A stretch of 64,000 bases of DNA, taken from the NCBI RefSeq assembly GCF_009914755.1, contig NC_060925.1; one strand, written 5' to 3'. The notes under the pieces were generated by a model, which searched no databases, was not told the origin of the DNA, and worked only from the letters and a program-made list of their open reading frames with translations. This DNA comes from the human T2T-CHM13v2.0 reference genome, Homo sapiens. Below, in pieces: positions 17,153-30,051 of this stretch; position 1 is the first letter of the stretch, and each line of letters opens with the position of its first letter. The translations under genes and the position numbers were made by a program.

Positions 17153-19299
17153 GAGTGATATTGGATTTTTGAGAATTTGCCCTCCTTCACATACATGTTG
17201 TATTGTTTTTGCTATCACTCCCACAATGGAGTGGCATGTAGTACTCATAGAATATAGATACTTAGCAAATAAATACGGCTGATTTTAACTGAAGCAAGGA
17301 AGAGAAATCTCTTCTGTAACTAATAGGAAATTAGAAGGTTTCCACTGACCTGAAATCAAATCATTCAGTCCAAATAGAAATCTTCCATATGTCTTAGAAA
17401 CCTGGGGAAATGGGCTTATTATTTATAAATTTGCAGTATTTCACAAATGCACAGTAAATTTCAGCTTATAATTAAACAATCATAAGAGAATTTCTTCACC
17501 AATATATTTGTTCACTCTTTAACATTTGTACTTGACCTCCCTACCTCTTACAGCAAATTTATATGTTTAAATAATTTAATTTTAAAATTAAATAATAAAT
17601 AGCAGAAAAATTCTTTGAAGGATTTACCTGTACTCAGTGTCTAATTCCTCTCCTCCAATCATTAGTCAAGTTAGTTGGAGGAATGCGGCTGCCTTTTCAT
17701 CAAGTTCCTGATAACATTCAGGTCTATGAAAGGGAAGGGGTGTGTAGGGGGATGAGAAGCCGGTGTGGGGAAGGCAGCAGGATACAGCTATTTATGAGCC
17801 TGGGCACACTTGGAAAACAGTCTCATGCATGACCTTACAGCCAACACTCTTATGGGGAGCACTTATGACACTCATCAGTGTCTCATTTATGACAGTACCA
17901 CTGAGGAATATCAGTACGTTCAACTCTTTCATCAAACTCTTTCCATCAAACTGTTAAACTGAAGGTATGTTCAAACCTTTCATCAAACTGCAGAAGAAAA
18001 ACCATATGTATGGAGAAATAAGTGACTAAATTCAACTAAAGTAAGTACAATGAAGACATAGACAACACCATCTATTAATGTATTCTGTCCATGGCACCTA
18101 GTATAAAAACATGTATTAGGTGATCAGTGCATATTGATTGGGTCATGAATATAAAATTCATTGTTTCCATTCAGAAATTGGAAAACATTCTCCATAAACG
18201 CGGATGAACAGTAGAAAGTCATCCAACATGATCCCATTCATGCATCTCTCATGCATATGCATCCTCACTAACTCTTTCTGCTGTCATTGCTAACCTGGGA
18301 CCCCCACTCCCACCCCACCTTCTCCAAGCCAGACGCACCTGCTACCCTGGGCACTCACTGCTGCTGCCATGTCTTGCTGTGTAATGCCATTGTCAACCTC
18401 CCTGCCTGGTGTGCGTGCCATTCTCCTTCACCGGAGGAAGGAATGTTTAATTATTTTTAATCAGTGGACATGGCATCTTGCTAGACAGCGACACTTGGGG
18501 GATCCAACACCATCTGCCTTCCACCAGGCGCCAGCTGCTCTGGTAGATGTCGGTAGAACACCTTAGGACATAGCCTTCTGCTGCCAGGTGCCTACAAGCG
18601 GCTGCCACTCGGCACCATCTCCAACATGAGCTGCCACTTGGGCTCATTCCCTGTCATGGTTTGCCTCTCATCCCTGCACTCTTTCAGGCAGGTTCTCCAC
18701 AGCCCCAGCTCCCAGAACATTTCCCAAACAACCCAGTAGCCTGCCAGTAATCATAGGGTCCAAACATAAATGTTACCCTAACCCAAATGGCCACGGATCT
18801 TTCCATCACCATTAGTCAACCTAATGGATCTGCTGACTTCAGTCCCACAGAGAACGGCCACTGACTTCACAGCAGGCAGACCCATGGAGAGCAAGGGTCA
18901 GCCAGCTACTGAGCATTTAAAACAGTGGGGAAGGAAAAGGGGAGGGAAATGCCTCTCAGATAAATCACCGGAGCTGTCTGGGGTGAGCAGTGCCCGTGGT
19001 AAGTGAGCTCCTGCAAGTTCCTGTCACAGACCTGTCCCTTCCACCTCCTACCCTTAAGGCAGTTCCTGCAGCTCTCACAGCTGTGCCCACACTTTCACTC
19101 CTGCAAAGAACGTCTCATTGGCTTCAATTGCTTTAGCGGCTCAGCGTGGTCCCTGTCGGGAGCACTTGTCACCTCCTTCCCAAGCAGCCCGCTTGACACC
19201 CAACCTAATTCCTACTTGGTGAACCAAGCCCCCAAGGTTCCTTTCACCCCCACCCCTGCCCCCCATTTTGTGAAGAGCCAAATTCAGCAGCTCCAATCT

Positions 19300-20500
19300 C
19301 AGCTTTATTTTCATGCAAAGTGAAAGAGCTCAGCCACCCGGCACTGGCTGAAGGGTAGATAAAAGCCCCAGCTGTGCCTGCTCTGGGAGTCACTTTCACC
19401 TCCAGCAGGAAAGCAAACTGTTTTTGTGCCTGAGGGAAATTATGGAGCCTCACACTTTCATCCAGAGACGGACAAAGGGGAGGTCAGGTGCTGCATCTGC
19501 CAGAAATGGGGACGTGTGAAATGTGATTAACCCAAGGAGAAGCCACACAGAGCCCGGCTGGGGCCTCTCCTGTCCCTGTGTGTTTCCCAGTGTCAGAAGC
19601 AGGCAGAAGAGTAAACAAAAGCATTAAATAAATATTTTTCCGTTTAACCCATGTGTTAATACAGATTTTTACAACCTCGACAGCACTGACTGAATCAATA
19701 GTTGCAAGTATTAGCCTGAATAATGAAGGAAGTAGTGTACATCTGTTGATTTCTCTGCATTTGTGAAAAGAAGGGGGGTGGGGGGGTGAGGAGGGGAAGA
19801 GATTCCAGAATGAGCGTGTAATCACATTGTACCCTGCCTGTCCGCAGCACAGCTAAGCCTATCGGGCCCATCAGATGAACTCGCTAATGCTATTTCTCAG
19901 GCTAAATACAAACCGCTGGTGCCTGTAGAATTAAACTCATCAATAGCTAAGCTCTCCTGCATTTACAGGAAGACACAAATAAAATTCCTACTGATATGCC
20001 CATCAGAGTGGGAAGTTATCTGTCTCTTTCGAACAGACTTTCTGTAAGAGCTCTGTGTGGTAAATGAAGCTACCAGTACATTTGTCTCTTTGTCAAAATA
20101 AATAATGCCAATTTCATTTTTGAACAGTGTGCTTGGGCTGTATTCATTATTGTGTTAGGGTTTTGTTTCCGCCAAAACAGCCCTCCCCAGCCCTGCTGCT
20201 TGGACAACTTGTCTCTGATTAGGGATGTGTGCTGAAAACGGAAACTGTTTGAAATTAACTAGAGACGTATTAAATAATCACAAAAGAAATTCCGGTAAAA
20301 AATAGAGTCAGTTATCAAAAGATTAACACGGTTCTTTGTTCCGTTTTTTTTTTTTTTTTTAGACAGGGAGGGGAAGCAATTTTCAAGACAGACACCAATG
20401 CTTTAAAAGGATTTTTCAGAGGTGAATTACTTAATCCTTCGTGACTAAGGAAATCTTTGTGTGCACTACAGAGGATGGGAGCAAAGCAGGAAAAAATGTA
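19300..20500. promoter_or_regulatory. Candidate conserved non-coding/enhancer block
   Basis: No recognisable TE; clustered GTAAACA (19611), AATCAATA (~19693), ATCAATAG (~19939), TAATC and GATA motifs. Inference only. Confidence 0.35.
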
Positions 20501-23500
20501 CAATATTGAAAAGTGAAAATATAATATTTGGCACACTGCAAACATATAAGTTAGAAGGCCTGTGAGGTGTTTGATACCTGCATCAAATCTTGATTCCTCT
20601 CCTATAGGAAGAAGAGGCAGATATTTTCTCGAATATTCCTAAAGGATTAACATAATCAGCTATTGAGTGCCACTGCAGCTACTTCACAAAAATGTAGTTA
20701 AGGCGGCACTTATCTGGCAGTGGGAAACTCAGCTCTGAGAGAAGGCACTTCATATATTAAGGCTTTAAATGGTATTTTTTAGGGCACTCTTCACTAAGCA
20801 AGAGCTGCTCTGGAGGTTGAGAGGGGTGTAGCATCCACAGGGCTATTCAGCTCAGTGGAGCCAGGCATAGGAGAATCTCCCTGTGCCTGCACAGGGCTAC
20901 CAGAGAAGGCTGAGAAGCAGTTCACCTCCAAGGAAGTTCCCATCTGATTCTGTGGAGGGAGGGACTGGTTGAAAGGCACAGAACCCAGACTTCCAGAAAA
21001 GCCAGCTCAAAATAGGATTAACCTTTGTTAAAGGAGGGCTGTGAATTGCTAATACCCTTTAAAACCTGGATGTGCCCATGTCTCTGGGGAAACTTCTCCT
21101 GATGAGGTAAGCCAAATTGTTCCTGATCAATATCTTCTTTTTCTGTATGACTTAACTCCAGCCACGGAGATTTTAAGGGGCCTTTGCACCAGCCAGAGCT
21201 CTCTCAAGCAGGTGAATCAATTGGGTTGCTTTAGTACAGAAGGCTGAAAGGGCTAGTCCCCATGAGAAGGTCAAGTTAGTCTCTCAGGTGGGCTGATGGG
21301 CCACAATGGGGCAGAGACAGGAAAATCAGAGGACTTGGGCTGAGCCAGGTAGGTTTGGAGTGGAGAGAAGCATGTCCTTAGGAACAGAGATTTGTACTTG
21401 AACTAGCTTTAAAAGTTTGACTACTTTCCTTCTACTCATTTTATGAGCAATATATATTCTGAGTGATCATCATACATATTCTGTAATTTTTCACTTAGAA
21501 AAATAGCTTTTGCATTTCATACAGCTTCTAATTCCAAAATTAGTTCAACATCTAGCAGTGAATGTAGAAATATATACCCCTTTTGGAGACATACTTAGGG
21601 CTGGTATTGATTTATGCTGTACCATGATTTTAGTCTTATGGGATAATCACCTTGTCAAGGCTATATTTATTGTTGTGGCTATTAAATCACATTAATTCCT
21701 TGGCGATTACATGAGATAAAGCATCCACAAACTGCAGCAGTGACAGAATTCAGTTTTTCTCCCTAAATAAACTCAATACAAAGATAGCCATGTCCTAGTT
21801 TTTCAATGGCATTCCAACTTTTTTTTTTTTTTGCATATCTTACTGAGCATTAGAGTTGCAGCTTGTGCTTTGCCACAGATTTGAACTCTGGTGTAAAAGC
21901 CCCTTGAGGGAGAAGAAGAATCATGGAGACAAGTGCTAATGGCAACACCGCACAGAAGCAAATTGCCTATCAAATAGGACAACTTAGTGTCACAGAAACA
22001 TTTGCAGGGGAGAAAAAAGGAGGAAGCAGAAATGATTCAATACTGGCTGCCCTTGATTAGGTTGCTTTCAGTAAATTTGTATGGAAATGTAAATTATCTC
22101 TAGTACATGAGGAGTTTACAATAACATTGTCTAGACCTAACTTTTCTTAAAACTCCCATGGTGGTGAGAAAATTAGGGTCGTGCTGTGAAGGAGTTTCTT
22201 ACATTGGAATATGCATGGATAAGATTCTTTTGAAAATGGGCATGATGAAGCCCATGCCAGATTCACCCTGGATACAAAAGCTGATGTCAATGTTTGGTAG
22301 ACCCAATGTGGGCTAGCCAGTGCCCCTGCAGACCCTCCAGAATTTGATGCCTCCCCTGAGGGGCAAGTCCTTCCTTGTTTCTACTCATGATCCAGCCTTA
22401 TCATACTTAGAAACATACCTAAGAATACTGGCATCTGACAAAAACACATCTAGGTGAAGGTTGCCCACTCTGGGATCTTTTGAAAAGATTCTGCTTGTTT
22501 CGTATTTTTAATAAAGGGTCAGATAGGACTTCATCCAAACTTATTTGCCTTTTCTTCCTTGCATTTGATTCTGGTTATTAATTTGGGGCAGGTTTTTTAG
22601 CTTGATTGAAGCCGATGTCTGTGACCAAAAGTCTTGCTTGTATGCCTCTCATGTACTTCATTTTTATGAATCCCAAATACCTTTTATCTGCAACCCATAC
22701 CTTAGAAGGAGTCCCCAGACCAATGAGGAAAGAGAGAATAATGAGGAACAGGAACTGTGCACAAAGCTTGCTCTAGGCTCTGTTATTGGTTCATTTTGGA
22801 CCAGTGAACTGGATCATACTTAATGATGCAGTAAGTTTGGACTCCAGTAGAAATGATAATAAATGACTTTTAAAATGTAGATGCCTCCACCATAAGAACA
22901 GATTAAAACAGTCCCAGAAATTGAAAAAAAAAAAAAAACTCTTTGGCCCATCATGGGTTTTGTAAGAAAATGAATAGCTGGTACCTCATGCAGCCAGTTC
23001 CTATTTAATTGGTTTCTGTTTTTGTATTTCTTTACTTTTCTTTACATTTCTTTTCTTTTAAAAAGAACCATGGTACACCTGAACTGTGGGATATGTGCTT
23101 TTGTTCTGCCTTCTGATATATCCAGCGAAGAGGCAGAACCAGCCTTGAAGAGCTCTGCGTCTCCCTGAATGCACCTATCTTGATAGTAAACTGCTTTTCC
23201 TTCAGCACCACCCAACATACCCATTTCCACCTCCCCTTTAATCTGCTTTGCCCAGACATTTCCTCCAGGTTACCTCTCCACTTCCAGCTATCACTCCTTC
23301 AGGCTTTCAATACACACTTTTACAGTTGTCCTAACTCCAGGGACTTTTCTTCCCTCTTTAATTTTACAATAGATGTGTTACTGAGCTGTCTATCTGAATA
23401 GAAAAACCCTAAAACAGATTTCCCCACCAGCATGCTTCATAGAGTGGATGTAGCTTTTTATACTTATTATTCTCACCTACATAGTCATATTAGGAAATAG

Positions 23501-25123
23501 ATTAAAATAAATTTCCCCATGTGTTGTACTTGGGCCTGGTCTGCTCCAAAACCCCTTCTAAATTATTGACTTTAGAGAAGGTAGAAGATGTTTGTTCATT
23601 TCTCTGTCTTCCCTGCCTGCTCATTCTCCCCTCTCTTTAAAACCTGACCCTCTCATTTTCCCCTAACCTTTCTCTTCCGTGGTCTCTTGGGGGTGATATG
23701 GTCCTTCCCCTACTTAATAATCTTTTCCCCCTGTGGCCAAAAGCAGATCGTAATGCACTGCTCTGGCAGACTGTATCTCTTAATCTTTCTCTCACCTAGT
23801 TTTACATTTTCTCTTGGTACTCAAGTTTTCCAGGAATTCCATGAAACTTTCATTCAAGCTGTTCAAGTGTATATTCCTCCAGTCTGCCAAAAGGCCCTCT
23901 CTAGGTGGGTTTTCCCCAAGTCTCCAAGTACTTTTGCTAATGAAGCTGCTGAACGAGAGCTAATTTATCACTGTGTTATCACTATATTAGGGCATAAGAG
24001 AGCCATACCTGGAATGAATTATGGATCCATCCAGTGTCCCATGCATCCTGTACATCAAGGTAAGCAAATGCTGCATTGTGTTAACTGTCAGCCTCTGAAA
24101 CAGCTGACATTTGTTATTTTAATTAATAGTTTACTTTGCTGAAATAAGCTTCTGTGAGAAGCTATGACTTTTTATTAAATCTTCACTGCAGCATTGTTTT
24201 CCCCAGATTGGGAGACAAAAGCTAATTTTCAAAACTGCTTTATCCTGCAAGGTCACAGTCAACAGCTTGTGTGCACATGTCAGGGAAACATCTGCTTCTG
24301 TGCCACAGATATAAGTAAAATTTGCTTTATTTTGAAATTTAAATTTACTTTTACTTGGGGAAAAATGATGAGTTAGTCATTAAAGAGCTATTAAGTGATG
24401 TTGATTAGGAAAGACTTTTTAACCAGTCATTTTGTCTCACAACCAATGCTGAAATTTCTCCAACCTCAGCATTCTGCTTAGACATCACAGGGAACTGTGG
24501 TCACTGGCACATCTGGATCTGGACCAACTTGTCTTTTCATTAATGTAAATCATTATGATGTAATTACTCAGCCTGCAATGTAGAGATCATTGATTTCTTT
24601 TGCCCAGTAGCAGTACTTTTAAGTCACTGATGACAAAGGGAACTTTCAGGACAATCCAAACTATACAAATTAGCTCCAGTTCAAGAAAGGCAAACTTATT
24701 TAAAAGGTTCCAACACTAAATTTCATCCTAAGATTTTCTCTTTGCTTGGAATAAATTAAGCAAGGAAAGTTGATTCCTTCATGTTGCTTTAATTACTTTT
24801 GGTAATGTATTTTACTCATCAAATTTCTAAGACAATAACACTTTAGTGTTCTTTCCCCAAATGGACTTGTGTTTTGTCCCTACCATGGTCCCATATCATG
24901 TCCCAACTCTCAGGGGAGTCAGTCACTTTTCTGAGAATGCCATTAACTCCTTTGGAGAGAGATACCCTAATATAAGCAGGCTCATAGTCTTTTGATTTTT
25001 TAGGATCTTGTTTCTCTGAGCCCAGAGATGTCCTCAAACACTGCCTTTCAGAAAAGCAGATTGCTATCTGGATGATGACATCCGTATGTGTAGCAGCCCT
25101 GTGGCTATTAGTTTCTTACATTT

Positions 25124-25578
25124 TGTGATGGATTTTACGATTGACCCAGATTCTTTATCCCTCCCAGCATCTAAAGCCCTGCCTTAGCCTCATTGTGGGA
25201 AGGGCACTTCTCCATTTCCAACTTTGGGCTCAGTAATAGGATTTGTTTTGACAAATGACATGTAGGTAAAAGTGGCAATGAGCCAGTTCCAAGCTAAGCC
25301 TCTAAATATTCTGCTGTTTCTGCTTTCCCCTTTGCATGTCTACCATGACCATGAGAAATTCATGCCTAGCCAGCCCATGGATGCCAGAAGGATGAGAGAG
25401 ATTGGAAAAGAGCTATTCCAGCTGAGCCCTGCCTAAATCCACAGAACTCCAGCCAAATCATGGTGATATGAGCTATAAAAATTGATCGTTGTTTTATGCC
25501 AATATGAGCTATAGAAATTGTTCTTTTATGCCACTGAGTTTTGGGGTGGTTTGTTAGGCAGCAATAGCTGACTGTTAC
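25124..25578 (+). mobile_element. MLT1H/I-like LTR
   Basis: gagccagttccaagctaagcctc...ccactgagttttggggtggtttgttaggcagcaatagctgactgttaca. Confidence 0.7.
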
Positions 25579-25989
25579 ATATGTGTTATTTTTATTACAG
25601 CTCTATCAAAGTACAATAAACTGTGCATATTTAAAGTATACAGTTAAGTTTTGACACAGCAAAACACTCATGAAATCATCCCTACAATCAAGATACTGAA
25701 CATACCCATCACTACCAGGCACTTCTTCCTAACCTTTTCTAATTGCCTGCTTCTGCCTTTCTTTCCTTTCCTGGCCCCCCTCCACTCCCAGGCAATGTAC
25801 TCTTTAGAATGTATTTTGCATTTCTTTATTTGTTTTCAGCCCACATCTAGCAGTTTTCACGTGGACTATTCTCTACCATCCTGAGTTCACATGTAAGTAC
25901 TGTGTTCAGATTTAGTATGTACTACCTTGAAAGACCACGGGGCCCATTGTGCAGGAAATCCTTGGTAGGAAGAAAAATAGGTAACCCAA

Positions 25990-26225
25990 GAGCATAGATT
26001 TTGGAATGACACAAGCCTATTTTGGATTCTAGCTCTGATATTTCATTGTTCTGTGACTTTGAGCAAACAGGTTTGAGCCCCAGTTTGCTCAAATTTTGAA
26101 AAGGGTGAGAAATATTCCTATCCTCATGGGTTATTCTGAGGGTTAAATGAGATAATATATGAAAAGTGCTTAGCATAGTAACTGGTACATAGCATAATCT
26201 CAACAAACAGTAGCTGCTATTATTA
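25990..26225 (+). mobile_element. MIR SINE
   Basis: ctgtgactttgagcaa...tgagggttaaatgagataatatatgaaaagtgcttagcatagtaactggtacatag. Confidence 0.8.
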
Positions 26226-27304
26226 GCTTTATCTCATCAGAATAGCTGTCACTTAATGTACACAGTAGAGAAAAAAGAAGCAACCTGACTGTGCCTGGCA
26301 CACAGCAGTCACTCAGTAAATGTTGAAATGAATTTTTTCAACATTTATTTCTTTGGCTGCAATGGGACATTCATTTGTAAAATGAGAGGCCCATTATATT
26401 AAGCCAAAGTTGGCTCTTTTTTTAAAATAAGCTTATTCTACACTTTTATACCTAATATTGTCTACAACCCCCAGACCATCTGTGAGGAGTGCATATAGAA
26501 GTAGTAACAATTGCCTTGGGAAAAGGGGTCTCCTGTACCAGACTGACAGCTGTTGTCTGTTCTCCATGGGATTCTAAAGTTTAGGGTCACTCAGAGATTT
26601 TCTCAGAATCTCAGCTTTTCCTCACTCTTCTTCCAATTTCACCTTCTTTGCAAAGAGTAATACTACTACTACTACTACTAATAATAATAGACAAATAAAG
26701 GGTCACATTTGTGCTTTATATAGGGCCTGCCCAATGAAGCAGGAAACAATTGGACAAGCACAGATTTGGTTCCATATATCCCCCTTCTTCTCTGTCCTTC
26801 TGCCACAGTGAATCCCCAGGGACTCTGCAGTCCTCCTCCAGGTGGCCTCCCCCTAACTCCCATGGAGGTCATCTCTAATACCCAACATCCCACATCCAGC
26901 CTGGGCCCTCTGGGAGACTGTTGCTGTCACCTGCTGAGTCTGCTGTGTGGCTCAGATCCTGACACCTTGCTTTGATAGCTCATTTTTCTGACTATGACCC
27001 CCAGGACTCCTCCTAAGCAATTATCCTCTGGCTCCACCAGCCACAGTTAGGGGGTGGATGCTCTCACTTCCACCTGGTATCTCAGACCCAGGCCCTGAGA
27101 GGGAGTCAGGCCTCTCTCAGGCAAAAGGTTGGGATAGAAACAATGACTGCCCTCAACAGTCAGGCACGACACACTACTCCCCAGATACACATGGACCCCA
27201 CCTGGGGGTCTGGATGGCTGCTGTGCCACCTCACCACAGAGGCAGGGTTCCACCAAGGGTGTTCCTTCCATTGTTAACCCCTTCCTTGGCCAGTTACTAA
27301 GTCA

Positions 27305-28240
27305 CAGATCCCATCTTTCTATAACTCTGCTTTTGTGACACTGGGGACTGGGACTCTAAAAACTACATTTCTCACTTGTCAGCTGATACCCTGCAAGCTT
27401 CCATCAATGGGAATTTTTAGAGGGATAGTGTTTGAGGCTGAATTGTGTCCCCTCAAAATTCATATGTTGAAGCGCTAATGCCCAGTACCTTAGATTGTGA
27501 CTCTAATAGGGCCTTTAAAGAGGTGACTAAGTTAAAATGAGGCCATTAGGCTGGGCCCTAATCCAATCTGCCTGGCATCCTTGTAAGAAGAGGAAATCTG
27601 GACACACAGAGAGACAGCAGGGGCACACTTCTGCCCATGGAGGGAGGACACTGTGAGGACACTTTGGGAGGCATCTATCTATCTATAAGCCACAGCCAGA
27701 GGCCTCAGGAGACAGTAAACCTGCCTATACCTTGATCTTAGACTTCCTGCCGCCAGAACTGTGGGAAATAAATGTCTGTGGTGGAAGCCCCCCAGTCTGT
27801 GGTTGCTTTTTGTTGCTGTTGTGATGGCAGCTGGAGCAGACTGACACAGAGACTGGCAGACAGAAGCAGAAGAGACTCACTCTCTCCAAGGCACTTGCTC
27901 TTCCGGTAAGCAGCACCCTGCACCCAACAGCAGCAGGTGTTCAGGTTCCAGCTCTCCCACTGGCACTCCCAAGACCAGTCTCACCCTGTCTCTCTGAGGG
28001 AGAGGCACCCTGTCCTCCCAGGCTGAGTCCCCACAGACCCCTCTTCTAAGCTTCCAGTCCAATTTCCTCTTTGTCCTCCCAGCCCCAAGGATGCAAGCCT
28101 TTTCCTGCAGTTGTTACCTGTGTTTGCTTTTACCATCCTTCCACACTCCCAGACTTCTGCCTCCTGAACTCACCACCCCTGCTGACCCTCAACCCCTCAC
28201 TCCCGGTGTTTGCTTAACCAGCACTGGTTTGACAACACCA
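27305..28240 (+). mobile_element. LTR33-like ERVL LTR, interrupted by MLT1B
   Basis: ctgggactctaaaaactacatttctc...caatggga..ttagaggga, resuming gagactggcagacagaagcagaagagact after 27848. Confidence 0.55.
27429..27848 (+). mobile_element. MLT1B LTR
   Basis: tgtttgaggctgaattgtgtcccctcaaaattcatatgttgaag...gcagactgacaca. Confidence 0.85.
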
Positions 28241-28302
28241 TCAAAAGTTAGAGTTGCTGAAACAAGAGCCCTGAATGGGGAAGATATTTGCTATGAGCAG
28301 GG

Positions 28303-28746
28303 TGATACTAGTTTTCTATTGCTGTGGTAACAAATACCACACACTTAGTGGTTTAAAACAATACAGATTTATTATCTTACCATTCTGTAGGATGGAAATC
28401 TGACACAGGTCTCTGGACTAAAATCAAGGTATCGGCAGGGCTGCATTCCCTTCTGGAGGCTCTAGGAGGGGAATTTTATTTCCTTGCCTTTTCCAGCTCC
28501 TAGGTGCTGCTCCCTTCCTCCATCTTGGAATCTCTCTCTCTCAGTGAGGTTATATGCAGCCTGAAAAGGTTCTCTGTAAGGATTTGTGTGATTTGATTGG
28601 GCCCACCTATATAATCCAGAATAATCTCACCTCAGATCCTCAACTTTAAGGTTATTTGCAAATCCCTTTGCCATGTAAGGTAACTTATTCACAGGTTCCT
28701 AGGATTAGGGCGTGCACACCTTTGCAGGGCATTGTTCTGTCTACCT
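28303..28746 (-). mobile_element. MLT1D LTR
   Basis: ctagttttctattgctgtggtaacaaataccac...cacaggttcctaggattaggg...gcattgttctgtctacct. Confidence 0.85.
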
Positions 28747-29773
28747 AGGTCTTTCTAGATTCCACCCAATCTTCCTCCTTTCTTACTTGACATAACTCCC
28801 CACCTCTAACCACAAGTGAGTGTTTTTGCTCAAACTCTCAGAAGCCTGTTTACATGCCTTGACCTTGATGGGGCAATGGAAACAGAATCCCTGAGATCTA
28901 GTGCCTGGTTGTGAAATTATCTTTGTGGTGACTTTATGCCAGTTCATGTACCTCTCTTGAGGCTCAATTTTCTTAACTATAATATGGAAAAGTTGATACT
29001 AAAAACACAACCTAGATCTAAAGTAATAGGATTGCAGGAAAACGGTATGACAGACACTCTAATTATCCTAAGGGAGGAGAGTTAGGGAGCAAGGTAGGCT
29101 GGCTGATTGCTGGGGCACTGGCGAGGATGTATGGATGTCAGCACTGTATTCACCCCTCTCACCCAAGACGCAGACCAAGGGCTTTCTGCTCAAGTTTCTT
29201 CCCAGCCTATTCTGATTGGCCTCTGAGTAGAGCAGAAACACCACTCACACTGTTCCTGCAGTGTGGGTACAAGGCCCCTTTTCTTGCAGGGTTGTGTGCA
29301 GTTTCCAATGGCTATAGAAAAACTTCTAGGACAGAAGTCCTTTTCTTGGGGCTTATGAGTTACATTGAAGACCAACATCAGAGACCATATTTGCAAGGGA
29401 AGGACTCAGAGAAAAGGAGAGAGAGTGGAGTAGGGGAGAATCAGCTAGTTAGCCAAATTTTCTCCAAATGTTTATTATTATTATTTTGGTAGAAAAACAA
29501 TGAGAACATAACTAACTGTATGTGGTTCAAAACTAAATACCACTTTTTCTTTACTTAGAGACCTGGTGGTTTCTCTGGGCATTTTGAAGAACTGTTTAGC
29601 CATGAAATTTGATGAGGCAATTCAAAAGAATGTCAGTGTCACTCCACATCGTTGACTTACCTGGTTGGAGACTGGGCCTTGCAGCCCTCACAGCTGCTCA
29701 TGCCCACTGGAAGGCACCTTGGCAGAAAGTTCTTTGCAGTTTATGTTCCTGTAACCTGAATCTAAAAAGATTC

Positions 29774-30051
29774 AGGTAGACAGAACAATGCCCTGCAAAG
29801 GTGTGCACGCCCTAATCCTAGGAACCTGTGAATAAGTTACCTTACATGGCAAAGGGATTTGCAAATAACCTTAAGGTTGAGGATCTGAGGTGAGATTATT
29901 CTGGATTATATAGGCGGGCCCAATCAAATCACACAAATCCTTACAGAGAACCTTTTCAGGCTGCATATAACCTCCCTGAGAGAGAGAGAGAGATTCCAAG
30001 ATGGAGGAAGGGAGCAGCGCCTAGGAGCTGGAAAAGGCAAGGAAATAAAAT
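29774..30051 (+). repeat. Inverted ~98% identical copy of 28473-28746 (5' part of the MLT1D LTR)
   Basis: Direct comparison: 4 substitutions and (TC)6 vs (TC)8 over 274/278 bp. Confidence 0.97.

Noticed and set aside
22239-22288. Box C (atgatga) and box D (ctga) with a short terminal stem
   Set aside because: Only ~50 nt, too short for a C/D snoRNA, and no recognisable guide; chance match likely.
23687-24142. 151-aa ORF in unique sequence
   Set aside because: Non-ATG start, no recognisable domain, composition typical of chance ORFs.
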